64,000 nucleotides of DNA from NCBI GenBank assembly GCA_012839205.1, contig DUNT01000050.1, forward strand, positions 3,965 through 67,964, read 5' to 3'. Numbering within the stretch: position 1 is the stretch's first letter; every line of letters starts with the position of its first letter. Origin of the DNA: Clostridiaceae bacterium. GTDB lineage: Bacteria; Bacillota; Clostridia; DSM-8532. A model generated the notes under the pieces. It was not told where the DNA came from. It ran no database searches and was given only the letters and a program-made list of their open reading frames with translations. Shown here in pieces: positions 10,997 to 21,564 of the stretch. The position numbers were made by a program, and so were the translations under genes.

Positions 10997-11539
10997 ATGC
11001 CAAGATTGCTTGACAAGTATAAAAATGAAGTTGCGCCGGCTCTGCAGAGCAAGTTTAATTATAAAACATCCATGCAGATTCCTAAGCTCGTTAAAGTAGT
11101 AGTCAATATGGGAGTCGGGGAAGTGAAGGAAAATCCCAAAGCCATTGAAACTGCAGCAAACGAGATAGCGGCAATAACTGGACAAAAAGCGGTTGTCACA
11201 AAGGCGAAGAAATCGGTTGCGGCATTTAAGCTCCGTGAAGGTATGAGTATCGGATGTAAGACTACTCTTCGCGGTAACCGTATGTATGAATTTGTTGACA
11301 AATTATTCAATATAGCTCTTCCCAGAGTTAGAGACTTTAGAGGAATTAATCCTAACTCCTTTGACGGCAGAGGTAACTTTACACTGGGTGTAAAGGAACA
11401 GTTGATTTTCCCGGAAATTGAGTATGATAATGTCGACAGGATCCATGGAATGGATATCACATTTGTTACAACTGCCGAGACCGATGAAGAAGCAAAGGAA
11501 TTGCTGTCACTTCTCGGTATGCCGTTCAGAAAGAGCTAA
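10997..11539 (+). CDS. rplE: 50S ribosomal protein L5 (uL5)
   Basis: 180 aa, [12 protein letters not shown]...; canonical order. Confidence 0.97.
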   Translation: MPRLLDKYKNEVAPALQSKFNYKTSMQIPKLVKVVVNMGVGEVKENPKAIETAANEIAAITGQKAVVTKAKKSVAAFKLREGMSIGCKTTLRGNRMYEFVDKLFNIALPRVRDFRGINPNSFDGRGNFTLGVKEQLIFPEIEYDNVDRIHGMDITFVTTAETDEEAKELLSLLGMPFRKS

Positions 11540-11552
11540 AGGAGGTATTGAT

Positions 11553-11738
11553 ATGGCTAAAAAGTCCATGATTATAAAGCAGCAAAGGGAGCCGAAGTTT
11601 TCCACCAGGTATTATAATCGCTGCAAGCTCTGCGGCAGACCTCACGCATATTTGAGGAAGTTCGGCGTGTGCCGTCTTTGCTTCAGAGAATTAGCATATA
11701 AGGGCCAAATACCAGGCGTAAAAAAGGCAAGCTGGTAA
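11553..11738 (+). CDS. rpsN: 30S ribosomal protein S14 type Z (zinc-binding uS14)
   Basis: The ATG at 11553 follows AAGGAGG. 61 aa, [61 protein letters not shown], with CxxC-x12-CxxC. The track ORF 11418-11738 is an upstream over-extension. Confidence 0.96.
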   Translation: MAKKSMIIKQQREPKFSTRYYNRCKLCGRPHAYLRKFGVCRLCFRELAYKGQIPGVKKASW

Positions 11739-11763
11739 CAGGAGCGAAAGGAGGTCTGTAATA

Positions 11764-12162
11764 ATGCATGCAACTGACGTAATTGCAGATATGCTTACAA
11801 GAATAAGGAACGCCGCAAGTGCAAAACATCAGACTGTGGATGTTCCGGCATCAAACTTGAAGAAGCAGATTGCAAAGATTTTGCTTGAAGAGGGTTATAT
11901 CAGAGATTTTATTGTAATAGACGATAAAAAACAGGGAATTATCAGAATAACACTTAAGTATGTGGATAACAAGAAAAACATTATTACCGGAATTAAGAGA
12001 ATCAGTAAGCCCGGATTGAGGGTTTATGCCCAAAAGGACGATATCCCGAAGGTTCTTGGCGGACTGGGTATTGCCATTGTATCAACATCACAGGGTGTTA
12101 TGACTGATAAAACTGCAAGAAAGCTCGGCATTGGCGGAGAAATACTTGCATTCGTATGGTAA
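11764..12162 (+). CDS. rpsH: 30S ribosomal protein S8 (uS8)
   Basis: 132 aa, [13 protein letters not shown]... Confidence 0.97.
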   Translation: MHATDVIADMLTRIRNAASAKHQTVDVPASNLKKQIAKILLEEGYIRDFIVIDDKKQGIIRITLKYVDNKKNIITGIKRISKPGLRVYAQKDDIPKVLGGLGIAIVSTSQGVMTDKTARKLGIGGEILAFVW

Positions 12163-12358
12163 TTATTCCATACAAAACCAAATAGCTATAACTGCTGTAT
12201 ATTTAAGTGCTTTGAAGTTTGGCTTTCAAAGCCGGCAGGTTAAAGAAAATAATCTGCTAAACAGCAACTAATAATTATGATAAAAAAAGTTCCTGAAAAA
12301 AGTGTTTGTTCCGCTTAAGGCTAAACACTCACAATATAAGGACTGGAGGTTAAAAACT

Positions 12359-12907
12359 ATGTCGCGTATAGGAAGAATGCCGATAGCAATACCGGCGGGC
12401 GTGGATGTAAAGCTGGAGGGCAATAACATTACAGTTAAAGGCCCTAAAGGAACATTAAGTTCAAGCTTTCACAATAACATGATTATTGAAAAAGAAGGTA
12501 ATACAATAATTGTAAAACGCCCTAATGATGAGAAATTAAACAGATCTCTCCACGGCCTTACCCGGTCGCTTATCAACAACATGGTGACTGGTGTTTCAAA
12601 CGGATTTGAAAAAAGTCTGGAAATCGTTGGTGTAGGTTTTAGAGCACAGAAGCAAGGCAAAAAACTAACACTGAATATTGGTTATTCACATCCGGTTGAA
12701 ATAGAAGAGCCCGATGGCATAACAATCGAAGTACCCACTCCGAATACAATTCATGTAAAGGGTGCCGATAAACAGCTTGTTGGTGAAGTTGCAGCTCAGA
12801 TTCGCAAAAAGCGTCCACCCGAACCGTATAAGGGCAAGGGGATCAAATACTCTGACGAGGTTGTCATCCGTAAGGAAGGCAAAGCCGGCGCTAAGAGCAA
12901 AGGTTAA
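12359..12907 (+). CDS. rplF: 50S ribosomal protein L6 (uL6)
   Basis: The ATG at 12359 follows a GGAGG RBS and gives [17 protein letters not shown]..., the usual uL6 N-terminus. The track start at 12302 is an over-extension. Confidence 0.95.
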   Translation: MSRIGRMPIAIPAGVDVKLEGNNITVKGPKGTLSSSFHNNMIIEKEGNTIIVKRPNDEKLNRSLHGLTRSLINNMVTGVSNGFEKSLEIVGVGFRAQKQGKKLTLNIGYSHPVEIEEPDGITIEVPTPNTIHVKGADKQLVGEVAAQIRKKRPPEPYKGKGIKYSDEVVIRKEGKAGAKSKG

Positions 12908-12927
12908 GAGAAAGGAGTGAGTGTTAG

Positions 12928-13296
12928 ATGATTAAGCGTATTGATAAAAATGAAATTAGACTCCGTAAGCATGCGCGAGTTCGTAAGAAAATAAGAGGTA
13001 CAGCCGAGAGACCGCGCCTTTGTGTCTTTAGGAGTTCGAAACATATATATGCCCAGATTATCGATGATGTTAGCAGCACCACTCTGGTTGCAGCATCCTC
13101 TTTGGATGAGGCTCTCAAAGGGAAGCTTAAGTACTCTGGCAATAAAGAAGCTGCTAGAGAAGTAGGAAAGCTTATTGCAACAAAAGCAGTCGAAAAGGGT
13201 ATTAAGAATGTAGTCTTTGATAGAGGTGGTTATCTTTATCACGGAAGAGTTAAGGAACTTGCAGACGGCGCAAGAGAAGCCGGACTTGAGTTTTGA
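12928..13296 (+). CDS. rplR: 50S ribosomal protein L18 (uL18)
   Basis: 122 aa, [26 protein letters not shown]... Confidence 0.96.
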   Translation: MIKRIDKNEIRLRKHARVRKKIRGTAERPRLCVFRSSKHIYAQIIDDVSSTTLVAASSLDEALKGKLKYSGNKEAAREVGKLIATKAVEKGIKNVVFDRGGYLYHGRVKELADGAREAGLEF

Positions 13297-13327
13297 TCAC
13301 ATCCTAAAGTAAAAGGAGGGGAACAAA

Positions 13328-13828
13328 TTGCAGAAAATTGATCCAAGTACTCTAGACCTTAAAGAAAAGGTTGTGAATATTGGTCGTGTCACCAAAGTTG
13401 TTAAGGGTGGCAGAAACTTCAGATTCAGTGCACTTGTTGTTGTTGGAGATGAAAACGGTCATGTGGGAATAGGAAGTGGAAAAGCTACTGAAATTCCTGA
13501 TGCTATCCGTAAAGGAATAGAGAATGCAAAGAAGAATCTGATTTATGTACCAAGGGTTGGGACCACAATTCCTCATGAGGCTATGGGAGTATTCGGTGCA
13601 GGTAAAGTGTTGCTGAAGCCGGGTAAAGAGGGTACCGGTGTTATCGCTGGTGGACCTGTCAGAGCGGTCCTGGAACTTGCCGGAATTAGCGATATATATA
13701 CTAAATCATTAGGCTCAAACAATCCTACCAACATGGTACATGCTACTGTTGAAGGGCTTTCCCAATTAAGGACAGCGGAAATGGTAGCGAGGCTGAGAGG
13801 AAAAACCGTTGAGGAAATTTTAGAATAG
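13328..13828 (+). CDS. rpsE: 30S ribosomal protein S5 (uS5)
   Basis: 166 aa with a TTG start after AAGGAGGGG. Motif [22 protein letters not shown]. Confidence 0.96.
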   Translation: MQKIDPSTLDLKEKVVNIGRVTKVVKGGRNFRFSALVVVGDENGHVGIGSGKATEIPDAIRKGIENAKKNLIYVPRVGTTIPHEAMGVFGAGKVLLKPGKEGTGVIAGGPVRAVLELAGISDIYTKSLGSNNPTNMVHATVEGLSQLRTAEMVARLRGKTVEEILE

Positions 13829-13840
13829 GAGGTAGCTTTC

Positions 13841-14020
13841 ATGGGCAATTTGAGAATTACTCTTAAAAAGAGTACAATAGCATCTAAAGAAGATCAGAAG
13901 GCTACTGTGGTTGCTCTTGGTCTTCGTAAAATAGGACAAAGCGTTGTACAAAAAGACAACGCCCAGATTCGTGGTATGATCAATAAAGTATCACATCTGG
14001 TTGAAGTTGAAGAATTATAA
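13841..14020 (+). CDS. rpmD: 50S ribosomal protein L30 (uL30)
   Basis: Not in the ORF track (59 aa). Hand translation gives [68 protein letters not shown]; expected position between rpsE and rplO. Confidence 0.93.
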   Translation: MGNLRITLKKSTIASKEDQKATVVALGLRKIGQSVVQKDNAQIRGMINKVSHLVEVEEL

Positions 14021-14034
14021 AGGAGGTGCACCCA

Positions 14035-14475
14035 GTGAATCTGTATGAATTAAAACCTGGAGCACCTAAACATGCTCCAAAGCGCAAAGGCAGAGGACCC
14101 GGATCAGGAGATGGCAAGACTGCCGGCAGAGGCCACAAGGGCCAGAATTCCAGATCAGGCGGCGGCGTAAGACCCGGGTTTGAAGGCGGGCAGATGCCCC
14201 TTTTCAGAAGAATACCAAAGAGAGGATTCAACAACTCTGTATTCAGAAAAGAGTATACCGAAGTTAAACTATCAGATTTTGAGAGTTTTGAAAATGGCAC
14301 AGAGGTTACTGCAGAACTGTTAAAAGAAAAAGGCATCATCAGTAAAGTTAATGACGGCATTGTCGTTCTCGGTACCGGTAACCTTACTAAAAAGCTTACT
14401 GTCAAAGCTGCGAGATTTACAAAAACAGCTTCAGAAAAGATAGAAGCTTTAGGAGGAAAGGCTGAGGTGATTTAG
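14035..14475 (+). CDS. rplO: 50S ribosomal protein L15 (uL15)
   Basis: The GTG at 14035 lies 8 nt after AGGAGG and gives [13 protein letters not shown]..., followed by a Gly/Arg-rich region. The GTG at 14026 is also possible. Confidence 0.94.
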   Translation: MNLYELKPGAPKHAPKRKGRGPGSGDGKTAGRGHKGQNSRSGGGVRPGFEGGQMPLFRRIPKRGFNNSVFRKEYTEVKLSDFESFENGTEVTAELLKEKGIISKVNDGIVVLGTGNLTKKLTVKAARFTKTASEKIEALGGKAEVI

Positions 14476-14476
14476 G

Positions 14477-15766
14477 ATGGAGAATATCTTCGCCCCTATT
14501 AAAAGTGCTTGGCGCGTTGTTGACATAAGGAAGAAATTAATTGCAACATTTCTGTTACTGTTGGTGTATCGTTTAGGGGTTTACGTACCCATACCCGGTA
14601 TGGACAGAAGTGTCCTTGCCGGTTTGGTTGGCCAGCAAGGTGGCCTTTTTGGTTTCATGAACATAATAGGCGGCGGCGCTTTTGAAAACGCCAGTATATT
14701 CGCAATGTCCATAACACCATATATTAATGCCTCTATTATAATTCAGCTCCTGACAGTCGCAATTCCTGCACTGGAAAGAATGCAGAAAGAAGGCGAAGAA
14801 GGAAGAAAGAAGCTGGCTCAATGGGTAAGATATGGTGCCGTTATTTTAGGTTTTCTGCAGGCAACCTTTATGTATATTGGTTTCGGTAATGCAATAGCGA
14901 GACCCAGTATATTATCCTACCTTACCATCACTTTTTCATTAACTGCAGGCACAGCTTTTATTATGTGGCTGGGTGAACAGATAAATGAGTATGGCATAGG
15001 AAATGGTATTTCACTGATTATTTTTGTTAATATTATATCCAGAGGACCATATGCGTTCAATACTCTCTATAATATAATCAAGATGTATGCAGCAGACGGC
15101 CGTCTTGCGGTAGGTGCACTTATAGTGCTGGCAATTGTATTGGTATTTGTTGCAGTGGTTGTATTCGTAGTTTTTGTAACCCAGGCAGAAAGAAGGATAC
15201 CGGTACAATATGCAAAGCGTGTTGTAGGCCGTAAAATGTATGGCGGGCAAAGCACTCACATTCCTATGAAGGTTAATTTGGCCGGAGTGTTGCCAGTTAT
15301 ATTTGCATCATCCATTCTGGCATTCATCCCTACAATCATAGGTCTTGTAGCGCCGAATACTACAAGCAAGTTTCTTATAAGTTTAAGAGATTTCAGTGGT
15401 AATCCGCTATATATGCTGGTAATGGCATTACTTGTAATATTCTTTACGTTCTTCTATACAATGATGTCATTTAATCCGGTAGAAGTTGCCAATAATATAC
15501 GTAAAAATGGTGGTTTTATCCCTGGCATTCGTCCGGGAAAACCAACAAGTGATTATATCACCAAGGTACTAAATCGTATTACATGGTTCGGAGCCTTCTT
15601 CCTGGCCATAATAACCGTACTTCCAAGTGTTTTAGAGCTAATTACTGGGATACGTATGGGATTTGGCGGAACATCTTTGCTGATTATGGTAGGTGTGGCT
15701 CTGGAAACAGCTAAACAAATTGAATCACAGCTCATGATGAGACATTATAAAGGATTTCTTGAATAA
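14477..15766 (+). CDS. secY: Preprotein translocase subunit SecY
   Basis: 429-aa protein with 10 TM segments. Conserved position after rplO. Confidence 0.96.
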   Translation: MENIFAPIKSAWRVVDIRKKLIATFLLLLVYRLGVYVPIPGMDRSVLAGLVGQQGGLFGFMNIIGGGAFENASIFAMSITPYINASIIIQLLTVAIPALERMQKEGEEGRKKLAQWVRYGAVILGFLQATFMYIGFGNAIARPSILSYLTITFSLTAGTAFIMWLGEQINEYGIGNGISLIIFVNIISRGPYAFNTLYNIIKMYAADGRLAVGALIVLAIVLVFVAVVVFVVFVTQAERRIPVQYAKRVVGRKMYGGQSTHIPMKVNLAGVLPVIFASSILAFIPTIIGLVAPNTTSKFLISLRDFSGNPLYMLVMALLVIFFTFFYTMMSFNPVEVANNIRKNGGFIPGIRPGKPTSDYITKVLNRITWFGAFFLAIITVLPSVLELITGIRMGFGGTSLLIMVGVALETAKQIESQLMMRHYKGFLE

Positions 15767-15784
15767 AGAATGATGGTGGCAGCA

Positions 15785-15813
15785 GCGGATGATTATATTA
15801 CCATCCGCTTTTG
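15785..15813 (+). terminator. Hairpin plus T-tract between secY and adk (partial terminator/attenuator)
   Basis: GCGGATG-10 nt loop-CATCCGC followed by TTTTG. Confidence 0.4.
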
Positions 15814-15892
15814 CACCGAATAGAAGCAAGCAATAAAATAGTTATTAAATGGGTATAAATTACCAGTAACACTGATTATAGAGGAATGTTAT

Positions 15893-16540
15893 ATGCAAAT
15901 TATACTTTTAGGTCCACCGGGAGCAGGCAAAGGAACACAGGCAGCAGTCTTATCAGCAACTCTTAAAATACCCCATATTTCAACAGGGGATATTTTCAGG
16001 GCTCATATAAAAGGTGGAACTAATCTCGGGGTATTGGCAAAAAGATATATTGATTCAGGCAAGCTGGTTCCCGATGATGTAACAACCGATATAGTAGCAA
16101 GCAGACTAAATGAAGAGGATTGTGCCTCCGGATTTATTATGGATGGTTTCCCAAGGACAATACCTCAAGCCCGTATGTTTGATGAGATGCTTGAAAGGCT
16201 GGGTAAAAAGGTTGAAGTTGTAATCAACATTACGGTGGAAGACAGCATTATAGTAAAGAGGCTGTCGGGAAGAAGGATGTGTTCCTGTGGCAGGACATAT
16301 CACATTGATAATAATCCCCCAAAGACTGAAGGTGTTTGTGACGTCTGCAACAGGTCTCTTTATATACGTGACGATGATAAGGAAGAGACTATAAAAGAGA
16401 GGCTTAAGATTTATCACAAACAAACCAGTCCGTTGGTTGATTACTATCAGGGAAAAGGGCTGACTATGAATTTTGACGGATCAAAGCCTATTGAGGTTAC
16501 AACCCGAGAAATACTGGACAGCCTGAAAAAGACAGATTAA
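15893..16540 (+). CDS. adk: Adenylate kinase (zinc-lid form)
   Basis: 215 aa with P-loop GPPGAGKGTQ. The lid carries CSCG...CDVC. Confidence 0.96.
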   Translation: MQIILLGPPGAGKGTQAAVLSATLKIPHISTGDIFRAHIKGGTNLGVLAKRYIDSGKLVPDDVTTDIVASRLNEEDCASGFIMDGFPRTIPQARMFDEMLERLGKKVEVVINITVEDSIIVKRLSGRRMCSCGRTYHIDNNPPKTEGVCDVCNRSLYIRDDDKEETIKERLKIYHKQTSPLVDYYQGKGLTMNFDGSKPIEVTTREILDSLKKTD

Positions 16541-16554
16541 CTTAGAGGAATAAA

Positions 16555-17322
16555 ATGATTGTCATTAAATCCCAACGAGAGTTGGATAAAATGAAACGTG
16601 CAGGTGAAATAGTTGCCTTAGTCCATCAAAGAATGCTGGAATTGATAGAGCCGGGAATAACAACTATTGAGCTTGACAGAGAAGCAGAAAAAATAATTAA
16701 AAGGTCAGGTGCTATACCGTCATTTAAGGGGTTCCCCTCTGCTTACGGCGGGAAGCCTTTCCCGGGTTCAATATGTGCTTCGGTGAATGATGTGGTAATA
16801 CACGGGATTCCTGATAATACAGTTCTACAAGAAGGCGATATTATCAGTATTGATGTAGGAGCAATTTTTGATGGTTACCACGGGGATGCAGCAAGAACAA
16901 TTGCGGTTGGCGAGGTTTCACGGGAAGCCAGTGATTTGATTTTTCACACCCAGGAAGCTTTTAATCGCGGCATGGAGAAAGCTGTCGAAGGTAACAGGAT
17001 AAGGGATATTTCGGTTGCCGTTCAGAAATACGCTGAAGGGAAAGGTTATAAAGTAGTCCGGGATTATGTAGGACATGGCATAGGAACAGAGATGCATGAG
17101 GAGCCTCAGATTCCTAATTATGCAACATATGAAAAGGGTGTAAGACTGTCCAACGGAATGACACTGGCTATTGAACCGATGATTAACATAGGAACCTGGC
17201 GCGTGAAAGTTCTGGATGATAAGTGGACAGTGGTAACCGCTGATGGAAAGCTATCAGCTCATCATGAAAATACAATAGCAGTTACACCGAATGGTCCGGT
17301 AATATTGACCAGATTATATTAA
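16555..17322 (+). CDS. map: Type I methionine aminopeptidase
   Basis: 255 aa with metal-ligand contexts DVGAIFDGYHGD, GHGIG and LAIEPM. Confidence 0.95.
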   Translation: MIVIKSQRELDKMKRAGEIVALVHQRMLELIEPGITTIELDREAEKIIKRSGAIPSFKGFPSAYGGKPFPGSICASVNDVVIHGIPDNTVLQEGDIISIDVGAIFDGYHGDAARTIAVGEVSREASDLIFHTQEAFNRGMEKAVEGNRIRDISVAVQKYAEGKGYKVVRDYVGHGIGTEMHEEPQIPNYATYEKGVRLSNGMTLAIEPMINIGTWRVKVLDDKWTVVTADGKLSAHHENTIAVTPNGPVILTRLY

Positions 17323-17346
17323 TATTAAGAAATTAAGTCAATAATC

Positions 17347-17375
17347 TTGAAATAGACTTGAAATTGTTATACAAT
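17347..17375 (+). promoter_or_regulatory. Internal sigma-A type promoter (TTGAAA-17 nt-TACAAT) upstream of the KOW gene, infA and rpmJ
   Basis: -35 at 17347-17352, 17-nt spacer, -10 at 17370-17375, within the 160-nt map/KOW spacer. Confidence 0.45.
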
Positions 17376-17482
17376 ATATAATTGGCGCAGTTGTGGCTGT
17401 TTTGCAAATGGCTTAAAAGCGCGAGTTAAAGCGTTTTTCGTCTATTATGACTTTATTATAATTCAGGATAGGGGAAGAATAC

Positions 17483-17746
17483 TTGGATACTATAATAGGC
17501 CGTTATGCCTGGTCAAAAACGGGTAGGGACAAAGACAAACTTTTTATTATTATTGGTATATATGATGACCAGCATGTATTAATTGCAGATGGTGAGTATA
17601 GACGGGTAGAAAACCCTAAGAAAAAGAAACTCAAGCATCTTAATATAACTAACAGGGTTGCTGAGGAAATAAGAACAATAGTTACTATGAAGAAAAAGTT
17701 ACTTAATACTGATCTTCAGAAAGCTATAGATGATTATAATGAGTAG
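17483..17746 (+). CDS. KOW-domain RNA-binding protein (L14e-like small protein commonly found between map and infA in clostridia)
   Basis: 87 aa with a TTG start. The segment [20 protein letters not shown] is a KOW-like motif. Confidence 0.6.
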   Translation: MDTIIGRYAWSKTGRDKDKLFIIIGIYDDQHVLIADGEYRRVENPKKKKLKHLNITNRVAEEIRTIVTMKKKLLNTDLQKAIDDYNE

Positions 17747-17772
17747 CACAGAGTAAGCGAGGGGGTATTGGA

Positions 17773-17991
17773 TTGTCAAAGGAAGACGTAATTGAACTGG
17801 AAGGTTCGGTATTGGAAGCCCTTCCAAATGCGAATTTCAAGGTTCAGCTTGAGAATGGTCATGTAATTCTCGCACATATATCGGGTAAACTTAGAATGAA
17901 TTACATCCGTATTCTTCCGGGTGATAGGGTAACAGTTGAAATGTCAACATATGACCTTTCTCGCGGACGTATTACGTGGAGAGGCAAGTAA
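17773..17991 (+). CDS. infA: Translation initiation factor IF-1
   Basis: 72 aa, [28 protein letters not shown]...GRITWR. Confidence 0.97.
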   Translation: MSKEDVIELEGSVLEALPNANFKVQLENGHVILAHISGKLRMNYIRILPGDRVTVEMSTYDLSRGRITWRGK

Positions 17992-18023
17992 TTTGGAAGC
18001 CATAGATGACAGGAGGGTCAATC

Positions 18024-18137
18024 ATGAAGGTAAAGCCATCAGTTAAGAAGATTTGCGAAAAGTGCAAAATTATCCGCAGAAAAAGACGGGTTATGGTTAT
18101 ATGTGCAAACCCGAAACATAAACAAAGACAAGGGTAG
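18024..18137 (+). CDS. rpmJ: 50S ribosomal protein L36 (bL36), zinc form
   Basis: Not in the ORF track (37 aa). Hand translation gives [47 protein letters not shown]. Confidence 0.95.
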   Translation: MKVKPSVKKICEKCKIIRRKRRVMVICANPKHKQRQG

Positions 18138-18347
18138 TAACATGGCAGCCGGCAGCTTAATGCTCCTGCCGGTTGCATATTTGTTGCATAGTATTGAGCA
18201 TACAGATTCTCTGAAAAGCGGCTGATCTGACAAAGGAATTTGTCATGATATAAGTAGGAGAATTTTTAATATATAACAAGAATCAATAAATAAGAATTAA
18301 GAAAAAACTATTCAGGTTAGACAAATACCAATCGGAGGTGTAGTAAT

Positions 18348-18716
18348 TTGGCTCGTATCGCAGGTGTTGACTTGCCAAGAGAAAAAAGAGTAGAAATCGG
18401 CCTTACGTATATCTTCGGGATAGGAAGAACCCGTTCCAATGAAATTTTGGGAAAAACGGGGATCAGCCCGGATACACGTGTACGTGATCTTACAGATGAT
18501 GAGATCGCGAAGCTCCGAGATACTATTGAAAAGGAATATACAGTGGAGGGCGACCTTAGAAGAGAGGTTGCACTTAATATAAAGCGTCTTACAGAAATAA
18601 GATGCTATCGTGGAATCAGGCATAGAATGGGATTACCTGTTCGCGGTCAGAGAACAAAGACCAATGCGAGAACTCGTAAAGGCCCAAGAAAGACTATTGC
18701 CAACAAGAAGAAATAA
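18348..18716 (+). CDS. rpsM: 30S ribosomal protein S13 (uS13)
   Basis: 122 aa with a TTG start after GGAGGTG. Begins [25 protein letters not shown]. Confidence 0.96.
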   Translation: MARIAGVDLPREKRVEIGLTYIFGIGRTRSNEILGKTGISPDTRVRDLTDDEIAKLRDTIEKEYTVEGDLRREVALNIKRLTEIRCYRGIRHRMGLPVRGQRTKTNARTRKGPRKTIANKKK

Positions 18717-18735
18717 TCGGGAGGTCGATATATAA

Positions 18736-19134
18736 ATGGCAGCAGCTAAAGTTGTTAGAAGATCAAGAAAAAGAAAAGAGAAGAAAAACATAGAGCGTGG
18801 CGCAGCCCACATTCGTTCTTCTTTTAACAATACAATTGTGACCTTAACCGACGTCCAGGGTAATGCTCTTTCATGGGCAAGTGCTGGAGGACTTGGATTT
18901 AGAGGCTCCAAAAAGAGCACACCTTTTGCTGCTCAGCAGGCTGCTGAAACAGCTGCAAAGGCTGCTATGGAGCACGGTCTGAAAACGGTTTCGGTTTATG
19001 TAAAAGGCCCAGGATCCGGTCGTGAGGCGGCAATCCGTGCACTTCAGGCGGCTGGACTAGAGGTTAGTTCTATTAAGGATGTAACCCCTATTCCTCATAA
19101 CGGTTGCAGACCGCCTAAGAGAAGAAGAGTTTAA
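18736..19134 (+). CDS. rpsK: 30S ribosomal protein S11 (uS11)
   Basis: 132 aa, [18 protein letters not shown]...[12 protein letters not shown]. Confidence 0.97.
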   Translation: MAAAKVVRRSRKRKEKKNIERGAAHIRSSFNNTIVTLTDVQGNALSWASAGGLGFRGSKKSTPFAAQQAAETAAKAAMEHGLKTVSVYVKGPGSGREAAIRALQAAGLEVSSIKDVTPIPHNGCRPPKRRRV

Positions 19135-19151
19135 TGGAGGTGTAAGGATAG

Positions 19152-19778
19152 ATGGCTAGATATACAGATGCATCGTGTAAACTCTGCCGAAGAGAAGGAC
19201 AAAAACTCTTCTTAAAGGGTGAAAGATGCTATACAAATAAATGCGCAATAGGCAGAAGACCTTATGCGCCGGGCCAGCATGGCGCTCAGAGAAAGAAGCT
19301 GTCGGAATATGGAATTCAGCTTCGTGAAAAACAGAAGGCCAAGAGATTTTATGGCCTATTGGAGAGCCAGTTCAGAAAATATTTTGAGATTGCAAACCGC
19401 AAAAAGGGAGTTACAGGTGAAAACCTGTTGCAATTACTTGAAACCAGACTAGATAACGTTGTATACAGATTAGGGTTTGGAACAACCAGAGCCGAAGCTC
19501 GTCAACTTGTTACTCACGGACATTTTAATGTGAACGGAAAGAAAGTTAATATTCCGTCTTATATTGTTAAAGTGGGTGACACCATTGAAGTGAGTGAAAA
19601 GAGTAAGAAATCAGTGCGCTTTAAGGAAATCCTCGACATAACAGGCGCTAAGGTGGTTCCAAAATGGCTTGAAGTTGATCAGGAGAATCTCAATGGTAAG
19701 GTAGTTGCTTTACCGGAAAGAGAAGATATTGATCTTAATGTTCAGGAGCATCTCATTGTTGAGTTGTACTCCAAGTAA
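19152..19778 (+). CDS. rpsD: 30S ribosomal protein S4 (uS4), N-terminal Cys4 form
   Basis: 208 aa, [31 protein letters not shown]... Confidence 0.96.
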   Translation: MARYTDASCKLCRREGQKLFLKGERCYTNKCAIGRRPYAPGQHGAQRKKLSEYGIQLREKQKAKRFYGLLESQFRKYFEIANRKKGVTGENLLQLLETRLDNVVYRLGFGTTRAEARQLVTHGHFNVNGKKVNIPSYIVKVGDTIEVSEKSKKSVRFKEILDITGAKVVPKWLEVDQENLNGKVVALPEREDIDLNVQEHLIVELYSK

Positions 19779-19826
19779 TAAAAAGCCATTACCCTTTTAT
19801 AAAAATAACCCAAGGAGGGTTGACAG

Positions 19827-20774
19827 ATGATCGAAATAGAAAAGCCTAGGATTGAGTGTATAGAATGCGCTGAAAACAGCAAATATGGAAAGTTTGTCAT
19901 AGAGCCACTTGAAAGAGGATATGGTACAACTTTGGGGAATTCTTTGAGAAGGATTCTGATTTCTTCATTACCGGGTGCAGCTGTTACCTCTATAAAGATA
20001 GACGGTGTACTGCATGAATTTACTACCATACCCGGTGTAATTGAGGATATGACCGAAATTATTCTCAATATTAAAGAGCTTCGTTTGAAACTTTTCAGTG
20101 ACCAACCCAAAACCCTGTATATTGACTTTGAGGGTGAAGGTGAAATTACAGCTGCTGATATTAAAGCCGATTCAGATGTTGAGATATTGAATCCCGAATT
20201 GCATATAGCCACACTAAGCGGTGCCGGCAGATTCTTTATGGAAATCAATGTCAATCATGGACGCGGCTATGCACCAGCTGATAAGAACAAGCTTTCTAAT
20301 CAACCAATAGGCGTAATACCTGTAGATTCTATATATACACCTGTTACTAAGGTTAATTATACTGTAGAAGATACACGTGTCGGCCAGGTGACTGATTATG
20401 ACAAGCTGAGTATTGAAGTATGGACAGATGGTTCCATCGCACCCGATGAAGCAATTAGTCTAGGTGCAAAAATCTTGAGCGATCATCTCAAACTATTTAT
20501 TGACTTAACAGATAGAGCTAAGAATGCAGAGATTCTTGTGGAAAAGGGAGAACCCGAAAAAGACAAGATTCTTGAGATGACAATTGAAGAGCTTGACCTG
20601 TCAGTTCGTTCTTACAACTGCTTGAAGAGAGCCGGTATAAATACTGTTGATGATCTTATAAGCAAAACCGAGGAAGAAATGATGAAGGTCAGGAATCTTG
20701 GGCGTAAATCACTTGAAGAAGTAGTATCAAAACTTGATGCTTTAAATTTGAAACTTGCAAGTAATGATGATTAA
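19827..20774 (+). CDS. rpoA: DNA-directed RNA polymerase alpha subunit
   Basis: 315 aa, [17 protein letters not shown]-like motif. The C-terminal-domain segment [19 protein letters not shown] is present. Confidence 0.97.
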   Translation: MIEIEKPRIECIECAENSKYGKFVIEPLERGYGTTLGNSLRRILISSLPGAAVTSIKIDGVLHEFTTIPGVIEDMTEIILNIKELRLKLFSDQPKTLYIDFEGEGEITAADIKADSDVEILNPELHIATLSGAGRFFMEINVNHGRGYAPADKNKLSNQPIGVIPVDSIYTPVTKVNYTVEDTRVGQVTDYDKLSIEVWTDGSIAPDEAISLGAKILSDHLKLFIDLTDRAKNAEILVEKGEPEKDKILEMTIEELDLSVRSYNCLKRAGINTVDDLISKTEEEMMKVRNLGRKSLEEVVSKLDALNLKLASNDD

Positions 20775-20801
20775 TAATAATACGTAAGGGGAGGAAACGA
20801 A

Positions 20802-21329
20802 ATGCCTGCTCATAGAAAGTTAGGAAGACCTACAGATCAACGTAAGGCAATTTTAAAAAATCTGGTAACCTCTCTGATCCAGCATGGTCGTATAGAGACA
20901 ACCGAAACCAGAGCAAAGGAAGTTAAAAACATAGTTGAGAAGCTAATTACACTTGCTGTTAGAGAATGTGATAATTTTACAGCTCCTAAAAATGTAACAG
21001 TCAGTGCTCCGGTAGTAGACAGCAAAGGGCGTAAAATACTTAAAACCGTAACCTCAAAGAACGGTAATAAGTATGAAGTAGTTGAGAGAGAAACTAAGAC
21101 TGAACTAAAAACAGTTGACGGTCCCTCAAGATTGGCTGCAAGACGTCTCATCATGAACTGGGTCTACAGAGTTAAAGATGAAAATGGTAATACCATAAGC
21201 CTGACAAACAAATTGTTTGATGAGATTGCTCCTAAGTATAAGGATAGAAAAGGCGGTTACACCCGTATCTACAAAATGGGGGCAAGACGTGGCGACGGTG
21301 CCGAAGTTGTAGTGCTTGAATTAGTCTAA
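20802..21329 (+). CDS. rplQ: 50S ribosomal protein L17 (bL17) with a ~50-aa internal insertion
   Basis: N-terminus [18 protein letters not shown] and C-terminus [24 protein letters not shown] match bL17. At 175 aa it is longer than the ~120 aa typical length. Confidence 0.93.
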   Translation: MPAHRKLGRPTDQRKAILKNLVTSLIQHGRIETTETRAKEVKNIVEKLITLAVRECDNFTAPKNVTVSAPVVDSKGRKILKTVTSKNGNKYEVVERETKTELKTVDGPSRLAARRLIMNWVYRVKDENGNTISLTNKLFDEIAPKYKDRKGGYTRIYKMGARRGDGAEVVVLELV

Positions 21330-21356
21330 TTCAAAAAAGTAACTGATTATGATAAT

Positions 21357-21393
21357 GGAGAGCGGAGTGTACCGTTCTCCATTATTCGCTTTT
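21357..21393 (+). terminator. Rho-independent terminator of the alpha operon
   Basis: GGAGAGCGG-AGTGTA-CCGTTCTCC (one G-U pair) followed by ATTATTCGCTTTT. Confidence 0.65.
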
Positions 21394-21564
21394 AGAGGGT
21401 AGAAGCGAAAGTATCGATGGTGCCGCTCTTAAGGGAAGATAGAAAAAGTAAAAATTATAAGCCCCTTCACTCGGTTATGTATTTTATAAGGCAATTGCCA
21501 AAGAGCAGTAGATTTACTTAAAAGCACAGCTGGCACTGCTGACTTTTGTTATACGGTGGATTAT

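Noticed and set aside
11418-11552. Upstream extension of the S14 ORF (track ORF 11418-11738)
   Set aside because: The extension overlaps rplE in another frame. The canonical 61-aa type-Z S14 starts at the ATG at 11553, directly behind AAGGAGG.
12302-12358. Upstream extension of rplF ([19 protein letters not shown])
   Set aside because: It has no RBS. The conserved uL6 N-terminus MSRIGR begins at 12359 behind GGAGG.
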